A stretch of DNA of 64,000 nucleotides from a bacterium (lineage in GTDB: Bacteria > Zhuqueibacterota > Zhuqueibacteria > Residuimicrobiales > Krinioviventaceae): NCBI GenBank assembly GCA_963674595.2, contig CAXXFV010000008.1:32001-96000 (forward strand). Direction: 5' to 3'. Positions 40,393 through 50,789 of the stretch are shown here, in pieces. Under the pieces are notes generated by a model. That model saw only the letters and a list, made by a program, of their open reading frames with translations. It did not search any database and was not told where the DNA came from. Position 1 is the first letter of the stretch. The number at the start of each line of letters is the position of its first letter. Both the position numbers and the translations under genes were made by a program.

Positions 40393-41760
40393 TTACCCGG
40401 CCTGATTAGCAAGTTCTTTGCGATGTTCCAGCTCTTCCCGAATTTTATTACATGTTTTTTTGTCCAGTTTGTACCATGCTACAACAAGAATCAGCATTAG
40501 ATAGCCGATAATGGGGACCAATGTAAAAATAGTTACAATACCCTGTATGGCCCTGGGCGTTTGGCTTATTGCTTCACCCAAATAGCCATAATAGGCCAGC
40601 AACCAGCCCAAAACCGCACCGCCGACTGCCATTCCTAATTTTAGTGAAAAGAGCACACCGGAAAAAACAAGACCGGTAATTCTTCGTTCTGTTTTATACT
40701 CTCCATAATCCACTGTATCGGCCATCATAGCCCATAAAATAGGCACAGCCATTTGAGAAAAGAATTGAACAACAGAGAACAAAACAAAAATGAGTAAAAT
40801 TTGGTCCTTTTCTACAAAAAAGAGGGCAGCGGAAAAAATAACGACCAGAATGTGGATTAAAATATAGGATTTTACTTTGGAAAGCCGTTTTTCCAAAGGG
40901 GTGGCAAACATGGTTCCGAGCATTGCGGCAACCATACCTGTTGTTAAAAACCAACTGGTTAAATCCGCACGTCCGGCAAACCATTTCAGGTAATAAATGG
41001 CCGTACTGATACGAATGACCTGAGCAATAAGAAGGACAAAGTTTAACAGGGCCACAATGATAAACTGGTCATTTGAAAACAGAATTTTAATATCCTCTTT
41101 TAAGGATGTTTTTTTCGCAGAAACCTGAACAACCCGTTCTTTTGAAGAATAAAATGAAATTAAAAACATAAAAATGGCCAGAGTTCCCAACACGACCATT
41201 GCCAGTTGAAAACCTTTTTGCTGGCTGCCTCCGCCAAGCCAGTCTGCCAGCTTCATTGTTGTTGAAGCGACAAGCACACCACCACCGGTCGCCAGAAAAA
41301 AACGGTAACTGTTTAACGATACTCGTTCATTCGTGTCCGGTGTAATAACCCCGCCCAGGGAACAATAGGGGATGTTGATGGCTGTATAGATTATCATTAA
41401 CAGGGAATAGGTGATATAGGCATAAATTAATCTGCCCGTTGCGCCAAACGGAGGGGTGGTAAAAGTAATTACAGTTATGACTGCAAACGGAACACAAAGC
41501 CATAACAAGTAGGGTCTGAATTTGCCCCAGCGTGTATTTGTTCGGTCCGACAGGGCGCCCATCATCGGATCAGTAACGGCATCAACAATTCTTACCACCA
41601 GAAAAAGTGTTCCCATAGCAGCGGCACTGATTCCAAAAATATCTGTATAGAAAAAGGCCATAAACATCATGACGGATTGAAAAACAATATTACTGGCCGT
41701 GTCTCCGAGTCCGTAACCGATTTTTTCAAGCGCTGAAACTTTACCATAGTCGTTCTTCAT
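40393..41760 (-). CDS. Glycoside-pentoside-hexuronide (GPH) MFS transporter
   Basis: EKIGYGLGD, DAVTDPMMG..SDRTNTRWGKFRPY, ADTVDYGE motifs. Confidence 0.92.
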   Translation of the reverse strand: MKNDYGKVSALEKIGYGLGDTASNIVFQSVMMFMAFFYTDIFGISAAAMGTLFLVVRIVDAVTDPMMGALSDRTNTRWGKFRPYLLWLCVPFAVITVITFTTPPFGATGRLIYAYITYSLLMIIYTAINIPYCSLGGVITPDTNERVSLNSYRFFLATGGGVLVASTTMKLADWLGGGSQQKGFQLAMVVLGTLAIFMFLISFYSSKERVVQVSAKKTSLKEDIKILFSNDQFIIVALLNFVLLIAQVIRISTAIYYLKWFAGRADLTSWFLTTGMVAAMLGTMFATPLEKRLSKVKSYILIHILVVIFSAALFFVEKDQILLIFVLFSVVQFFSQMAVPILWAMMADTVDYGEYKTERRITGLVFSGVLFSLKLGMAVGGAVLGWLLAYYGYLGEAISQTPRAIQGIVTIFTLVPIIGYLMLILVVAWYKLDKKTCNKIREELEHRKELANQAG

Positions 41761-41849
41761 TTTTTCCTCGTTCTGTGTGAAAGGTGAATTCCCGGTTTTG
41801 TGTTAGATTGAGAATTGATTATTATTTTAATTTCGGTATAGTCCGTTTG

Positions 41850-44585
41850 TTAGTTTTTAACTTTAAATTTATATGTACCGGATTGTATCGAAAAAATTAC
41901 ATAATTATTTTCAGTATTGATATACTTGATGCCATAACTGGTTTTTGCCGGTTTTCCGCTTTCGAATACCTGGTCCGGATCAGCGGCGGGTATATAAACA
42001 TCGGCGGTTGCGTTTACAGGAACTGAGACATTTAATGTCAAACCGGATTCCTTTTTTTTCCAACCGGAGCTGATCGTCCCTTGAATGGTTTGGATGGAAG
42101 CCCAGGCATATTCAAGCGTTTCCGGAATGTATGGTTTGATCATCACTTTGCTAAAGCCCGGGTAAGATTCAAGCGGGACAATCCCTGTCAGTGTTTTATA
42201 AAAAAAGGCATCGATGCTGCCGGTCATAACATGGTTATGGGACTGCTTTAACGTCCAGAATTCGCACATGGTTGTGTATTTGGCTACCATATCGCTCCAA
42301 CTGGGGTAACCTGTCTGCGTCGCCAATAGCCAGGCAACATCCGCCCGATTGTTTCGGCTCAGGGCGTCAATCATATATTTTGAACCCAAAACACCTGTTG
42401 TCAGGTGACCCTTGTTTGTTTCGACAATGTCCTGAACAAGGTTGTTGAGAACATTTTGTTTATGTTCTGGTGGAACAAGTTTCAGAAATAACGGAAAAGC
42501 ATTTGCCATCTGGCTGCCGTCGTTATACTGATTTGATTCCTCATTAAAGAATTTTTTATTAAATGCATTTTTTATATTTTGGGCCAGTTTTTCAAACTTT
42601 TGTTGTTTATCTTTTTTATCCAGAACGGCTGCCATTTTTGACAGGATAACAGAATTCCAGTAATAAAAGGCTGTAGGAACCGATTCCGGTTCTCCTTCTT
42701 TCCAGCCATTTACCAAACTTCCCCAATCGCCAATCCATCCCGGTTTTAAAATGTAATCGGTTGCAATACTGTCAAGAAATTGCATATAACGGTCCATTGT
42801 ATCAAAATGATCTGCGAGGATTTGTGTATCTCCATAGTAGATGTAATATAGCCAGGTAAGGACGATATAGGTACTGCTCCATTCAACACCTTCATCCCAG
42901 ATATAAGGGCGGGGTGATATAATGGGTATATCTCCTGTTTTTTCGTCCTGGTTTTCTCTAATCCCGCTTAACCAGTTTTTGTAAAATAAAGGCATATCAA
43001 AGTTAAACATGGCTTCTTCGGCAGTCACCTGAGCGTCTCCAAACCAGCCGAGACGTTCATCACGCTGGGGGCAGTCCATGGGATAGCCGAGCATATTGCT
43101 TTTCTGTGACCAGATGGTTGCTTTATGGATTTTATTTACGGTTTCATTGCCGCATTCAAAATCCCCGGTCTGTTCACAATCAGTGTGAACGACGCACCCG
43201 GTGACGTTTTCAATTATCGGGCATTCGGGTGCACCGGTTATTTCAACATACCTGAAGCCAAAATAGGTAAACCGTGATTCATAAATTTCAGGAGCATCTC
43301 CCTTCAGGATGTATATTGCTGTTGCCTTTGCATGTTCGTTACTGGTTGTGTTTATTGTGTTGTCATCATTAATATCTTCCGCAAATCGCAATTTTACCTT
43401 TGTGCCTTTTTTCCCGTCAAAAATTACTCTAACCCAACCGGTAAAATTCTGCCCCATATCATAAACATAAACTCCCTCTGATGGTTGATGCTTTTTTACC
43501 GGTTTAATATGACCGATAACTTTAATAGCCGGCATTGTATGGGAAATCATTTTGCCGTGAGGTGCCTTTACAGTTTTAACCGGAAGCCATTCGTTATCAT
43601 CGAATTCCGGTTTCGCCCAGTTTGGCTGTTCCAAATTAGCATCATAAATTTCACCATCATAAATGCAATTAAACGTGACAGGGCCATTGGAGTATTTCCA
43701 CTGCTCATTAGTGGTGAAAATTTGTGTTTCCCCGTTTTGATATTCAACGTGCAGTTGCAGTATGGCTCGTTTTGAGCCGAACCATTGCATGCGATATGGC
43801 CGCCACCATTTTTTATAGGGATTAAACCAGCCATTGCCGAGATGAATCCCCAGAGCATTTGCACCATTTTTTAACTGGTGAGTCACATCATAGGTATCAT
43901 AAAGGATTTGTTTATTGTAATTTGTTTTGGCCGGGGCAAGAACATGGTCTCCAATTTTTTCACCGTTAATATACAATTCATAAAATCCAAGACCGGTAAC
44001 AAAAACCCGGGCCCGTTTAATATCATTAAGACAATTAATTTCACGACGTAAAAGTACTGAACCGCCGTCATAAATCACTGTGTCGGCAAACTCGTATTGC
44101 TCTTTTAAACTTTGATAAAAACCCTGATCCGATAGTGCTTCTGCTACAGGGTCAGCGGCGATCCAATTTGCTGACCAGACAGTATCTGATAAAAATGCTG
44201 TTGAAAATTCGGCAACATCGCTTTCAATTAACTGATTATCCTTGTCCCAAATTTTAACTTTCCAAAAATATTGACTGTTGTTGTTAAGCGGTTTTCCGTT
44301 ATATTCAATGTGTGAAGATTGAGAGGATGATTTTTTCCCGGAATTCCATAAAATTTGATTTTCGTTATTTAAATTATTTTTTGACCGGCTGACCAATACC
44401 TGGTAAGCAGTTTGTCGTTGTCCTCTCGTATCAGATTTAGTTACCCAACTGAAATGCGGATGTTGACAGTCAATATTGACCGGGTTTTTAGAATATTCAC
44501 ATTTTAATAAAAGTTCGATGTTTTTATACGTATGGCAGGATAGAAGAAAAATGATAAAAATCGGCAAGAAAATTATGTTCTTCAT
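41850..44585 (-). CDS. Alpha-L-rhamnosidase (GH78), lipoprotein
   Basis: DMGQNFTGW, FTYFGFRY, DCPQRDERLGWFGD, SHNHVM; lipobox LLSC; ATG 44585 with GAGG RBS. Confidence 0.92.
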   Translation of the reverse strand: MKNIIFLPIFIIFLLSCHTYKNIELLLKCEYSKNPVNIDCQHPHFSWVTKSDTRGQRQTAYQVLVSRSKNNLNNENQILWNSGKKSSSQSSHIEYNGKPLNNNSQYFWKVKIWDKDNQLIESDVAEFSTAFLSDTVWSANWIAADPVAEALSDQGFYQSLKEQYEFADTVIYDGGSVLLRREINCLNDIKRARVFVTGLGFYELYINGEKIGDHVLAPAKTNYNKQILYDTYDVTHQLKNGANALGIHLGNGWFNPYKKWWRPYRMQWFGSKRAILQLHVEYQNGETQIFTTNEQWKYSNGPVTFNCIYDGEIYDANLEQPNWAKPEFDDNEWLPVKTVKAPHGKMISHTMPAIKVIGHIKPVKKHQPSEGVYVYDMGQNFTGWVRVIFDGKKGTKVKLRFAEDINDDNTINTTSNEHAKATAIYILKGDAPEIYESRFTYFGFRYVEITGAPECPIIENVTGCVVHTDCEQTGDFECGNETVNKIHKATIWSQKSNMLGYPMDCPQRDERLGWFGDAQVTAEEAMFNFDMPLFYKNWLSGIRENQDEKTGDIPIISPRPYIWDEGVEWSSTYIVLTWLYYIYYGDTQILADHFDTMDRYMQFLDSIATDYILKPGWIGDWGSLVNGWKEGEPESVPTAFYYWNSVILSKMAAVLDKKDKQQKFEKLAQNIKNAFNKKFFNEESNQYNDGSQMANAFPLFLKLVPPEHKQNVLNNLVQDIVETNKGHLTTGVLGSKYMIDALSRNNRADVAWLLATQTGYPSWSDMVAKYTTMCEFWTLKQSHNHVMTGSIDAFFYKTLTGIVPLESYPGFSKVMIKPYIPETLEYAWASIQTIQGTISSGWKKKESGLTLNVSVPVNATADVYIPAADPDQVFESGKPAKTSYGIKYINTENNYVIFSIQSGTYKFKVKN

Positions 44586-44911
44586 TTTTCCCTCTTTATA
44601 AAAGAACTTGAGTGTTTGAATATTAAAACATATCGTACAAAATTGTAATGATAAAATCAAGCAAAATGAATGGATCAATGGATTAATGTTATAAAAATCA
44701 AAATTTTACATGATATGTTTTTATATCTCAATAATCAGTTCATAGTATGCTTATTTTGAAAAAAAATGAATTATTTTCAAAAAACTGATGCATTAGACAA
44801 TTTTTTTTCTTATACTTAGATTGATGTACTATTTTTGGCTGATACCAGAACGTCTGATAACGGATTTAATAAGAACATTTATAATAATGTTGTATGAATT
44901 CTGAATAGAGG

Positions 44912-46072
44912 TTGGAGCAAATAATGACTGTACCATTTTACGGAGCAGAAGATTTGCTTGAGGAAACGCCAGGCTATCCTTATAGAATTTCACGGCATAA
45001 AACGATCATTGCGATGGCCGGAGGAAAGGGAGGGGTTGGGAAAACAGTTACGACTGCTTCGATTGGTATTGCCCTGGCAGAAGCCGGAAAAAGTACGGTT
45101 GTTGTTGATGCTGATTTTGGCGGTGCAAACTTGCACCAATCTTTGGGATTTATGAATCCGCATATTTCCGTTTTAGATTTTTTTACCCGCCAGGAAAATG
45201 ATCTTAACAAGTTATTGTTAAATACTTCAATTCCTTACCTGCGTATTTTAGCCGGTGCGCCTGGTGCTGTTGGTCTTGCTAATTTACCTTTCTGGATAAA
45301 ACTTAAACTCTTTAGACATATAAATCGGATTAATGCTGAATTTATCGTTTTGGATATTGGGGCTGGTGCTGCGTTTAATCAACTCGATTATTTTAATTAT
45401 GCAAATTTGGGTCTGGTCGTTATCACGCCGGAACCTTTTGCCATTCAGGATGGATTTAATTTCCTTAAAGTTGCCTTGTTAAGAAAATTATATCGCAAAT
45501 TTCGTAAAGTCGACGAGATCCGTGCTATATTTAAAAAACTTTTGAAAACTGATATTCGTTTATACCCGATTTCCATCAAAGCATTAACAGAAGAAATATC
45601 TCATTTAAACGGTTCCATCCTTTATGAATGGGTGAGAACAATAAAATCGTTTAAACCTGCTGTTGTAATCAATATGGTCGAAGATAAAAAAGATCAGGTT
45701 GAATGTCTTGCTTTGCAGGTTGCCGCAAAAGAAATTTTAGACATTGATTTAAATACTTTTTGTTTTGTTCATTATGACGATAACTATCGAAAAGGCGCCA
45801 AGTTAATGCGCCCGGATTTATTAATGGCAAATGACGGTTTAGCAGCCAATGATATTCGGGTGAGCGTGAAACATTATCTGGATGAGGACGTTAGTGCGCT
45901 GGAAAAGCATATCCCAAATTCATTTTGGAGTTCTTTACAGTCCCAGGATGATATGGAAAATGAAGATATTATCTGCTCCATAAAATGTACACTATGGGGC
46001 CGGTGTAGTGCACAAAACGGAGGGTATCCCTGCCGAATTAAGGTCATTGGGTTTGCCAACCAAAAAAAATAA
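44912..46072 (+). CDS. MinD/FlhG-family P-loop ATPase with C-terminal Cys cluster
   Basis: GGKGGVGKT, DADFGGANL, LDIGAG; C-terminal CSIKC..C..C. Confidence 0.8.
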   Translation: MEQIMTVPFYGAEDLLEETPGYPYRISRHKTIIAMAGGKGGVGKTVTTASIGIALAEAGKSTVVVDADFGGANLHQSLGFMNPHISVLDFFTRQENDLNKLLLNTSIPYLRILAGAPGAVGLANLPFWIKLKLFRHINRINAEFIVLDIGAGAAFNQLDYFNYANLGLVVITPEPFAIQDGFNFLKVALLRKLYRKFRKVDEIRAIFKKLLKTDIRLYPISIKALTEEISHLNGSILYEWVRTIKSFKPAVVINMVEDKKDQVECLALQVAAKEILDIDLNTFCFVHYDDNYRKGAKLMRPDLLMANDGLAANDIRVSVKHYLDEDVSALEKHIPNSFWSSLQSQDDMENEDIICSIKCTLWGRCSAQNGGYPCRIKVIGFANQKK

Positions 46073-46073
46073 T

Positions 46074-46637
46074 TTAATCAGCATGAGAATAGGGGATGTT
46101 CTTACAATGCTCCTCGTAACGGGCCAATACATACAGCACGTCCGAAAGCCTGTTAATATAAGGTAAAATAATCGGATTTTTAATTTCATCGTTTTCATAT
46201 AATCTGACGATGTTTCGTTCTGCTCTGCGAACAACCGCTCGGGCAACGTCAAGAATTGCTGAGACCTCATCCTGTCCGTACAATACAAATTTTTTGGGTA
46301 AATCAAGTTTTGGTTCGATTTCCTGATGATTTTGTTCCAGGATTTTTAAATGATCTTGTTTTATTTTTTCTTTTAATAAAGATAACGATTCCGGCGGGCA
46401 GGCCAGTTCAGAGTTAATTAAATAGATATGCTTTTGTATTGTTAATAGAAGGCCTTGTGTTGTTTTGATATTTGTTTTAACTCTGGCAAGACCTATAAAC
46501 GCATGCGCTTCATCCAGTGTGCCGTATGCTTCCGGCCGGCTATCGGATTTTTTTATTTGCTTTTGGTCCAATAATCTTGTACGGCCGGAATCTCCGGATT
46601 TTGTTGTAATAGAATTTTTTTTATTCTGATCATTCAT
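46074..46637 (-). CDS. Cob(I)alamin adenosyltransferase (PduO type)
   Basis: TKSGDSGRT, EAYGTLDE, RAVVRRAER, NRLSD motifs. Confidence 0.92.
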   Translation of the reverse strand: MNDQNKKNSITTKSGDSGRTRLLDQKQIKKSDSRPEAYGTLDEAHAFIGLARVKTNIKTTQGLLLTIQKHIYLINSELACPPESLSLLKEKIKQDHLKILEQNHQEIEPKLDLPKKFVLYGQDEVSAILDVARAVVRRAERNIVRLYENDEIKNPIILPYINRLSDVLYVLARYEEHCKNIPYSHAD

Positions 46638-46643
46638 ATCAAA

Positions 46644-48431
46644 CTATTTCTCAATAATTAAATGGTCTGCAATATTGCCTTCATCGTTATAACTTTTGTA
46701 AATGAGTTTGTTCCCGCTGACAAGAATATCAAGAATTTGAAAGGTAGATGTATTTGTAAATCCATTTTCAATATAATCATAATCACCCTGTTTATACATT
46801 TTAGTGCCTGAAACAGATACAACATATACTGTACCTTCCTTTGTCGATTCCACTCTTTTGTTATCTTTCATCGGGTATGTTCTTAAATAAGCGTGATCGT
46901 GTCCCTGCAGGACCATGTCGACATGATGCTTGTCAAAAATTGGTAACCAGGCAGAACGATGTTCCGGGTTGTCCCGGTTGTTGCTGGAAGAATAGATTGG
47001 ATGGTGAAACATGACAAATTTCCAGGTTGCTTTGCTGTCTGTTAAGGTCTGGTCCAGCCACTGGGCTTGCGAGGCGGGATCTAAATTGCTGTCCAATGAA
47101 ATAAATAAGGCATTGCTATATTCAAAACTGTAAACACGTTCTTTTTCAATAGGCTTTGGCGCGTTTTCAGGCAGGTGTAATAGTTGTAAATAGAGTGACG
47201 GATGCCCGCCCTGGCATTCATGGTTTCCGATGGCCGGCATCAGGCTCGCCGATGCAAAGTTTTGGTCGGCATTTGAAAACAGTGCATCCCAATCGTCTCT
47301 TTGAGCGCCTCTGTTTACCAGGTCTCCGGCCATTAGGATAAATGAAACATCCGGCCGCATACGATAGGCTGTTTTCATCAGAGAACCCCAGCGTTCCAGA
47401 CCATTTTGTGCATCGCCCATATATAAAAATGAAAAGGGTTGAGTCCGGTCCGGGGCCGTCGTAAATTCGTATAAACTGCTTTTGTAGGACCCTGTCTCGT
47501 CTGAGATGGAATAAACATAGGTGGTATTTGGTTCGAGGTTTTCAAGAGTTACAAAATGCCTGTAAATTGCCTTGTCGTTAAATACAGTATTTGTTGAAAT
47601 TTTTTCTATCGTCGAATTTGCTTTTTGTGGTTTTTCCGGATTGAAATTATAAAAAAGACTTTTCTTTTGATAATACAGATATCCGGAAGTAATTGTTGTG
47701 TCCGTACGCCAGCTTACAGTTTGAGTTGTACGCGGGTCTTTAGTCCAGCTTAAAATGATATGGTCCGGTTGTTTCTGACTTGGGTACTCTGTTACCGTAT
47801 AAATATTGGTTAGCCTGGCCGCATCCTTGTTTGCATATATTGTTTGAAAGATATAGCTGTCGTTTAAAATTTCAGGAAACGAATCCAGGAGAGTGGCACG
47901 GTCAACATATATACTGGTATTTTTTTCTGTTTTAGCTAGTTTATGTTGCCCGGGATAGATTTTATCAACTTTAAAAATTTTATCGGATTTAATAAATACG
48001 GCATAATGGCGGCCGCCGCCCCTGACGGAATTAATACCCAGATTTATCCGTCCTTTATTAAATTTTTTTTCCCATAAATTATACTCACCATCATTTGTTT
48101 TTATTTTTTCCCCGGTTAAGCGAAATCCTGTTTTTTGAAGCCAGAATGGAGTTTGGTTACGATAATTAACGGCAATATAAACAGTAATATTTTGATTTGC
48201 TGAAAATGTAATATATTCTGTTGATAATAGTTCTAATTCCTGATCTGTGAGGTATGTATGAATGTTATCCGAAGATAGTTTATTAATGGTTTCAATGGAA
48301 ACTGTTTGGCTCAGACGTTTCAGGATATCAGCGGTTATATCATGTATCGAACCTGTATTATTTACATGTCCGTTTGCAAAAACAACATATAAAAACAGAA
48401 CCAGTGGTGCTATAATAATACTTTTTTTCAT
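46644..48431 (-). CDS. Secreted purple-acid-phosphatase-like metallophosphoesterase
   Basis: Fn3-like PAP N-domain; GDAQ, GDLV, GNHE, GHDH motifs. Confidence 0.85.
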   Translation of the reverse strand: MKKSIIIAPLVLFLYVVFANGHVNNTGSIHDITADILKRLSQTVSIETINKLSSDNIHTYLTDQELELLSTEYITFSANQNITVYIAVNYRNQTPFWLQKTGFRLTGEKIKTNDGEYNLWEKKFNKGRINLGINSVRGGGRHYAVFIKSDKIFKVDKIYPGQHKLAKTEKNTSIYVDRATLLDSFPEILNDSYIFQTIYANKDAARLTNIYTVTEYPSQKQPDHIILSWTKDPRTTQTVSWRTDTTITSGYLYYQKKSLFYNFNPEKPQKANSTIEKISTNTVFNDKAIYRHFVTLENLEPNTTYVYSISDETGSYKSSLYEFTTAPDRTQPFSFLYMGDAQNGLERWGSLMKTAYRMRPDVSFILMAGDLVNRGAQRDDWDALFSNADQNFASASLMPAIGNHECQGGHPSLYLQLLHLPENAPKPIEKERVYSFEYSNALFISLDSNLDPASQAQWLDQTLTDSKATWKFVMFHHPIYSSSNNRDNPEHRSAWLPIFDKHHVDMVLQGHDHAYLRTYPMKDNKRVESTKEGTVYVVSVSGTKMYKQGDYDYIENGFTNTSTFQILDILVSGNKLIYKSYNDEGNIADHLIIEK

Positions 48432-48504
48432 TTACGCTCCTTTTAATAATTGTCTTTTCAAACAATTCCTTACCCTGTGATATTCCTCAAAAAGAGTGGT
48501 GGTT

Positions 48505-50769
48505 TTATTCAAGATTATTGAGGGCTTGCAGCCTTTTTTCTGCATTAGCCTTGTATTCTAATGAACCTTTATGAGAAGGGTCAATTTGCAGGGCTTTATT
48601 CCATTCATAAATTGCCAGTTCATATTTTTCTTCGGTATATAATTTTAAGCCTCTGTTAAAATAATCATCTACCTGGTCGTTTAAAAACATCCTGCACCTT
48701 TTGTCAAGAATTAATGTTTCTTCATTATGTGGGTCTATTTCAAGGGCTTTGTCAAAGTATTCCAATGCTTCGAGATACCGGCCGCTCAAAAAGTCAGATT
48801 TGCCTTTTTCAATAAATTGTTCCAGGTTATAACGTTGCGACGTTTGTTCTTTAAGAAGAATCGCTTCATTAAATTTCGGGTCCAATACAAGTGCGGAATC
48901 CAGGGCTGCCAGCGCATATTCCCACTGTTGTTGTTGAATAAATTCTTTGGCTCTGATTATATATTGATCAGTTTTCGAATTCGTTTGCTGGGTTATCTGG
49001 GAAATATATTTACCGGCTTTGGGATGGTGATGTTGAATCTTTAATACATTACGAAAGTGTTGCTCGGCTTTTACATAATCCTCATCCTTGAGAGCTTTTT
49101 CGCCTTGAGCTAAATGATAGCTGATTATTTTTGATAATCGTGCATTTATATTGTCTATTTTGTTTGAGGCAGATTCATTTTTCGGATTGAGACTGAGAAT
49201 TTTTTGGTATCTTGATTTTGCTTTGATTAATGCATTTTGATTTTCATAAAATTGTGCTTCTTTTTCAAGTGTTTCTATTTGGTCATTTGTTTTTGCACTT
49301 TCATCTTGGATTTTTTTAAGGTATTCCTGCGAATCGGTATAATTAGCATCAAACTTTAATGATTGAAGAAATTCCTCTTCAGCTCTTTTATAATTTCGCT
49401 GACTGTAAAAACCAAGTCCTGTGTAAAAATGATTTTCTGCATATTTTTTGTTTATTTCGTCAATCTTTTTTAAATAGGATTTTGTTTTATAGTGGTCCGG
49501 ACGAACAAGCATTATAGATTCAAATATTTCCTGTGCTTCTGCGTATGATTCTTTATTAAAGTAATCAACAGCAATATTGAACCACTTGTCGATGTGCTGT
49601 TCCAGTTTTGGACGGTTCTGAATAAATGCTTCTGTCGCTTTTTCATGATTTGGATTTATTTTTAAAATTCTGAGATAAAGAGCTGCCGCTTTAATATACC
49701 ATGATTTTTCTTCATAACTTTTTGCAATTAAAAGCAAAGAGTCAATTTTATTGTTTTCATTTTTAATATATTGTGAAAGTGAATTTTCAAGGTTAGCAGC
49801 CTGCATATAGCCGGGATCATAAGCAACAGCTTTTTTGGCATTTTTTAATGCTGCCCGATGATCATTGTCTTTTAAATATTTTTTTGCTTCATTAAATTCC
49901 TTTTGTGCTAAAATATCAGGACTTGGACCGATGCGAAAAATTGTTGACACTGCTATTTTTTCTATATTTGTATCATAGCTCAAGTCAAAACCAATATTTT
50001 GCCATTTTGTTTGAATACCAAAGGTGAAATTTCGGGATTCAAAATCTTTAAAGCCTCCTGCTATTTCAAGACCTTTCAAGAGTGGAAATTCAAATCCGAG
50101 GTGGTCTGTGTCAACATTCCGATGAAAATGATGGGCGTAAAAAACTTTGGGCCCCTTGTTAAACAACGCATAGGACCCGCCGACTCTTATTTGGTGGTCG
50201 TAATCATTTACGATAAAAGGAATATTTTGTACACTCACACCAATGGTGAGTTTGTTGGCTAAAAGCGGTGAGTCGAAAATATTTTTATGATTGTTGTCAG
50301 CATCGAATAAAAATCTTTCCGGTTTGAATATGAAACCAAATCCTGCTGTTGTCCAGCTTTCGCGGTCAATTGAAAGTGCGGAAATAGAGGCCCCGAACGA
50401 GAAATACCTGTTTAGCTTTCGTCCCCATCCAATGCTGCCAAATTCAACGGCATTGTCCATTTTACTTGTTCGGGCTATATTTACGGCAAATGTACCGTGT
50501 AACGGATTAAAAAAAGCATATCCGGTATAATTTAATTGAAAAGCCTCATGGATGGCCGTAGTTATTTGATGTTGACGAATATAACCGAGAGCCGCCGGAT
50601 TCCAGTAAAGAGCAGTTGGGTCATATATTTCAGTAACGCCTGATTTCCCTAAACTGGAAGATAACGCGCCGGGTGAAAAGTCAAGCAATTGCTGCTGGCT
50701 ATAAAGTAAATGTTGTGTGTAAAGTATTGTGATAACTAAAAGTATGCACTTAATTCGAGCATTTTTCAC
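48505..50769 (-). CDS. PorV-like beta-barrel fused to a long TPR array
   Basis: N-terminal SPGALSSSLG..ALYWNPAAL; C-terminal half of tandem TPR-like helices. Confidence 0.7.
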   Translation of the reverse strand: MKNARIKCILLVITILYTQHLLYSQQQLLDFSPGALSSSLGKSGVTEIYDPTALYWNPAALGYIRQHQITTAIHEAFQLNYTGYAFFNPLHGTFAVNIARTSKMDNAVEFGSIGWGRKLNRYFSFGASISALSIDRESWTTAGFGFIFKPERFLFDADNNHKNIFDSPLLANKLTIGVSVQNIPFIVNDYDHQIRVGGSYALFNKGPKVFYAHHFHRNVDTDHLGFEFPLLKGLEIAGGFKDFESRNFTFGIQTKWQNIGFDLSYDTNIEKIAVSTIFRIGPSPDILAQKEFNEAKKYLKDNDHRAALKNAKKAVAYDPGYMQAANLENSLSQYIKNENNKIDSLLLIAKSYEEKSWYIKAAALYLRILKINPNHEKATEAFIQNRPKLEQHIDKWFNIAVDYFNKESYAEAQEIFESIMLVRPDHYKTKSYLKKIDEINKKYAENHFYTGLGFYSQRNYKRAEEEFLQSLKFDANYTDSQEYLKKIQDESAKTNDQIETLEKEAQFYENQNALIKAKSRYQKILSLNPKNESASNKIDNINARLSKIISYHLAQGEKALKDEDYVKAEQHFRNVLKIQHHHPKAGKYISQITQQTNSKTDQYIIRAKEFIQQQQWEYALAALDSALVLDPKFNEAILLKEQTSQRYNLEQFIEKGKSDFLSGRYLEALEYFDKALEIDPHNEETLILDKRCRMFLNDQVDDYFNRGLKLYTEEKYELAIYEWNKALQIDPSHKGSLEYKANAEKRLQALNNLE

Positions 50770-50789
50770 GTTAATCGTTTTCCTTATCC

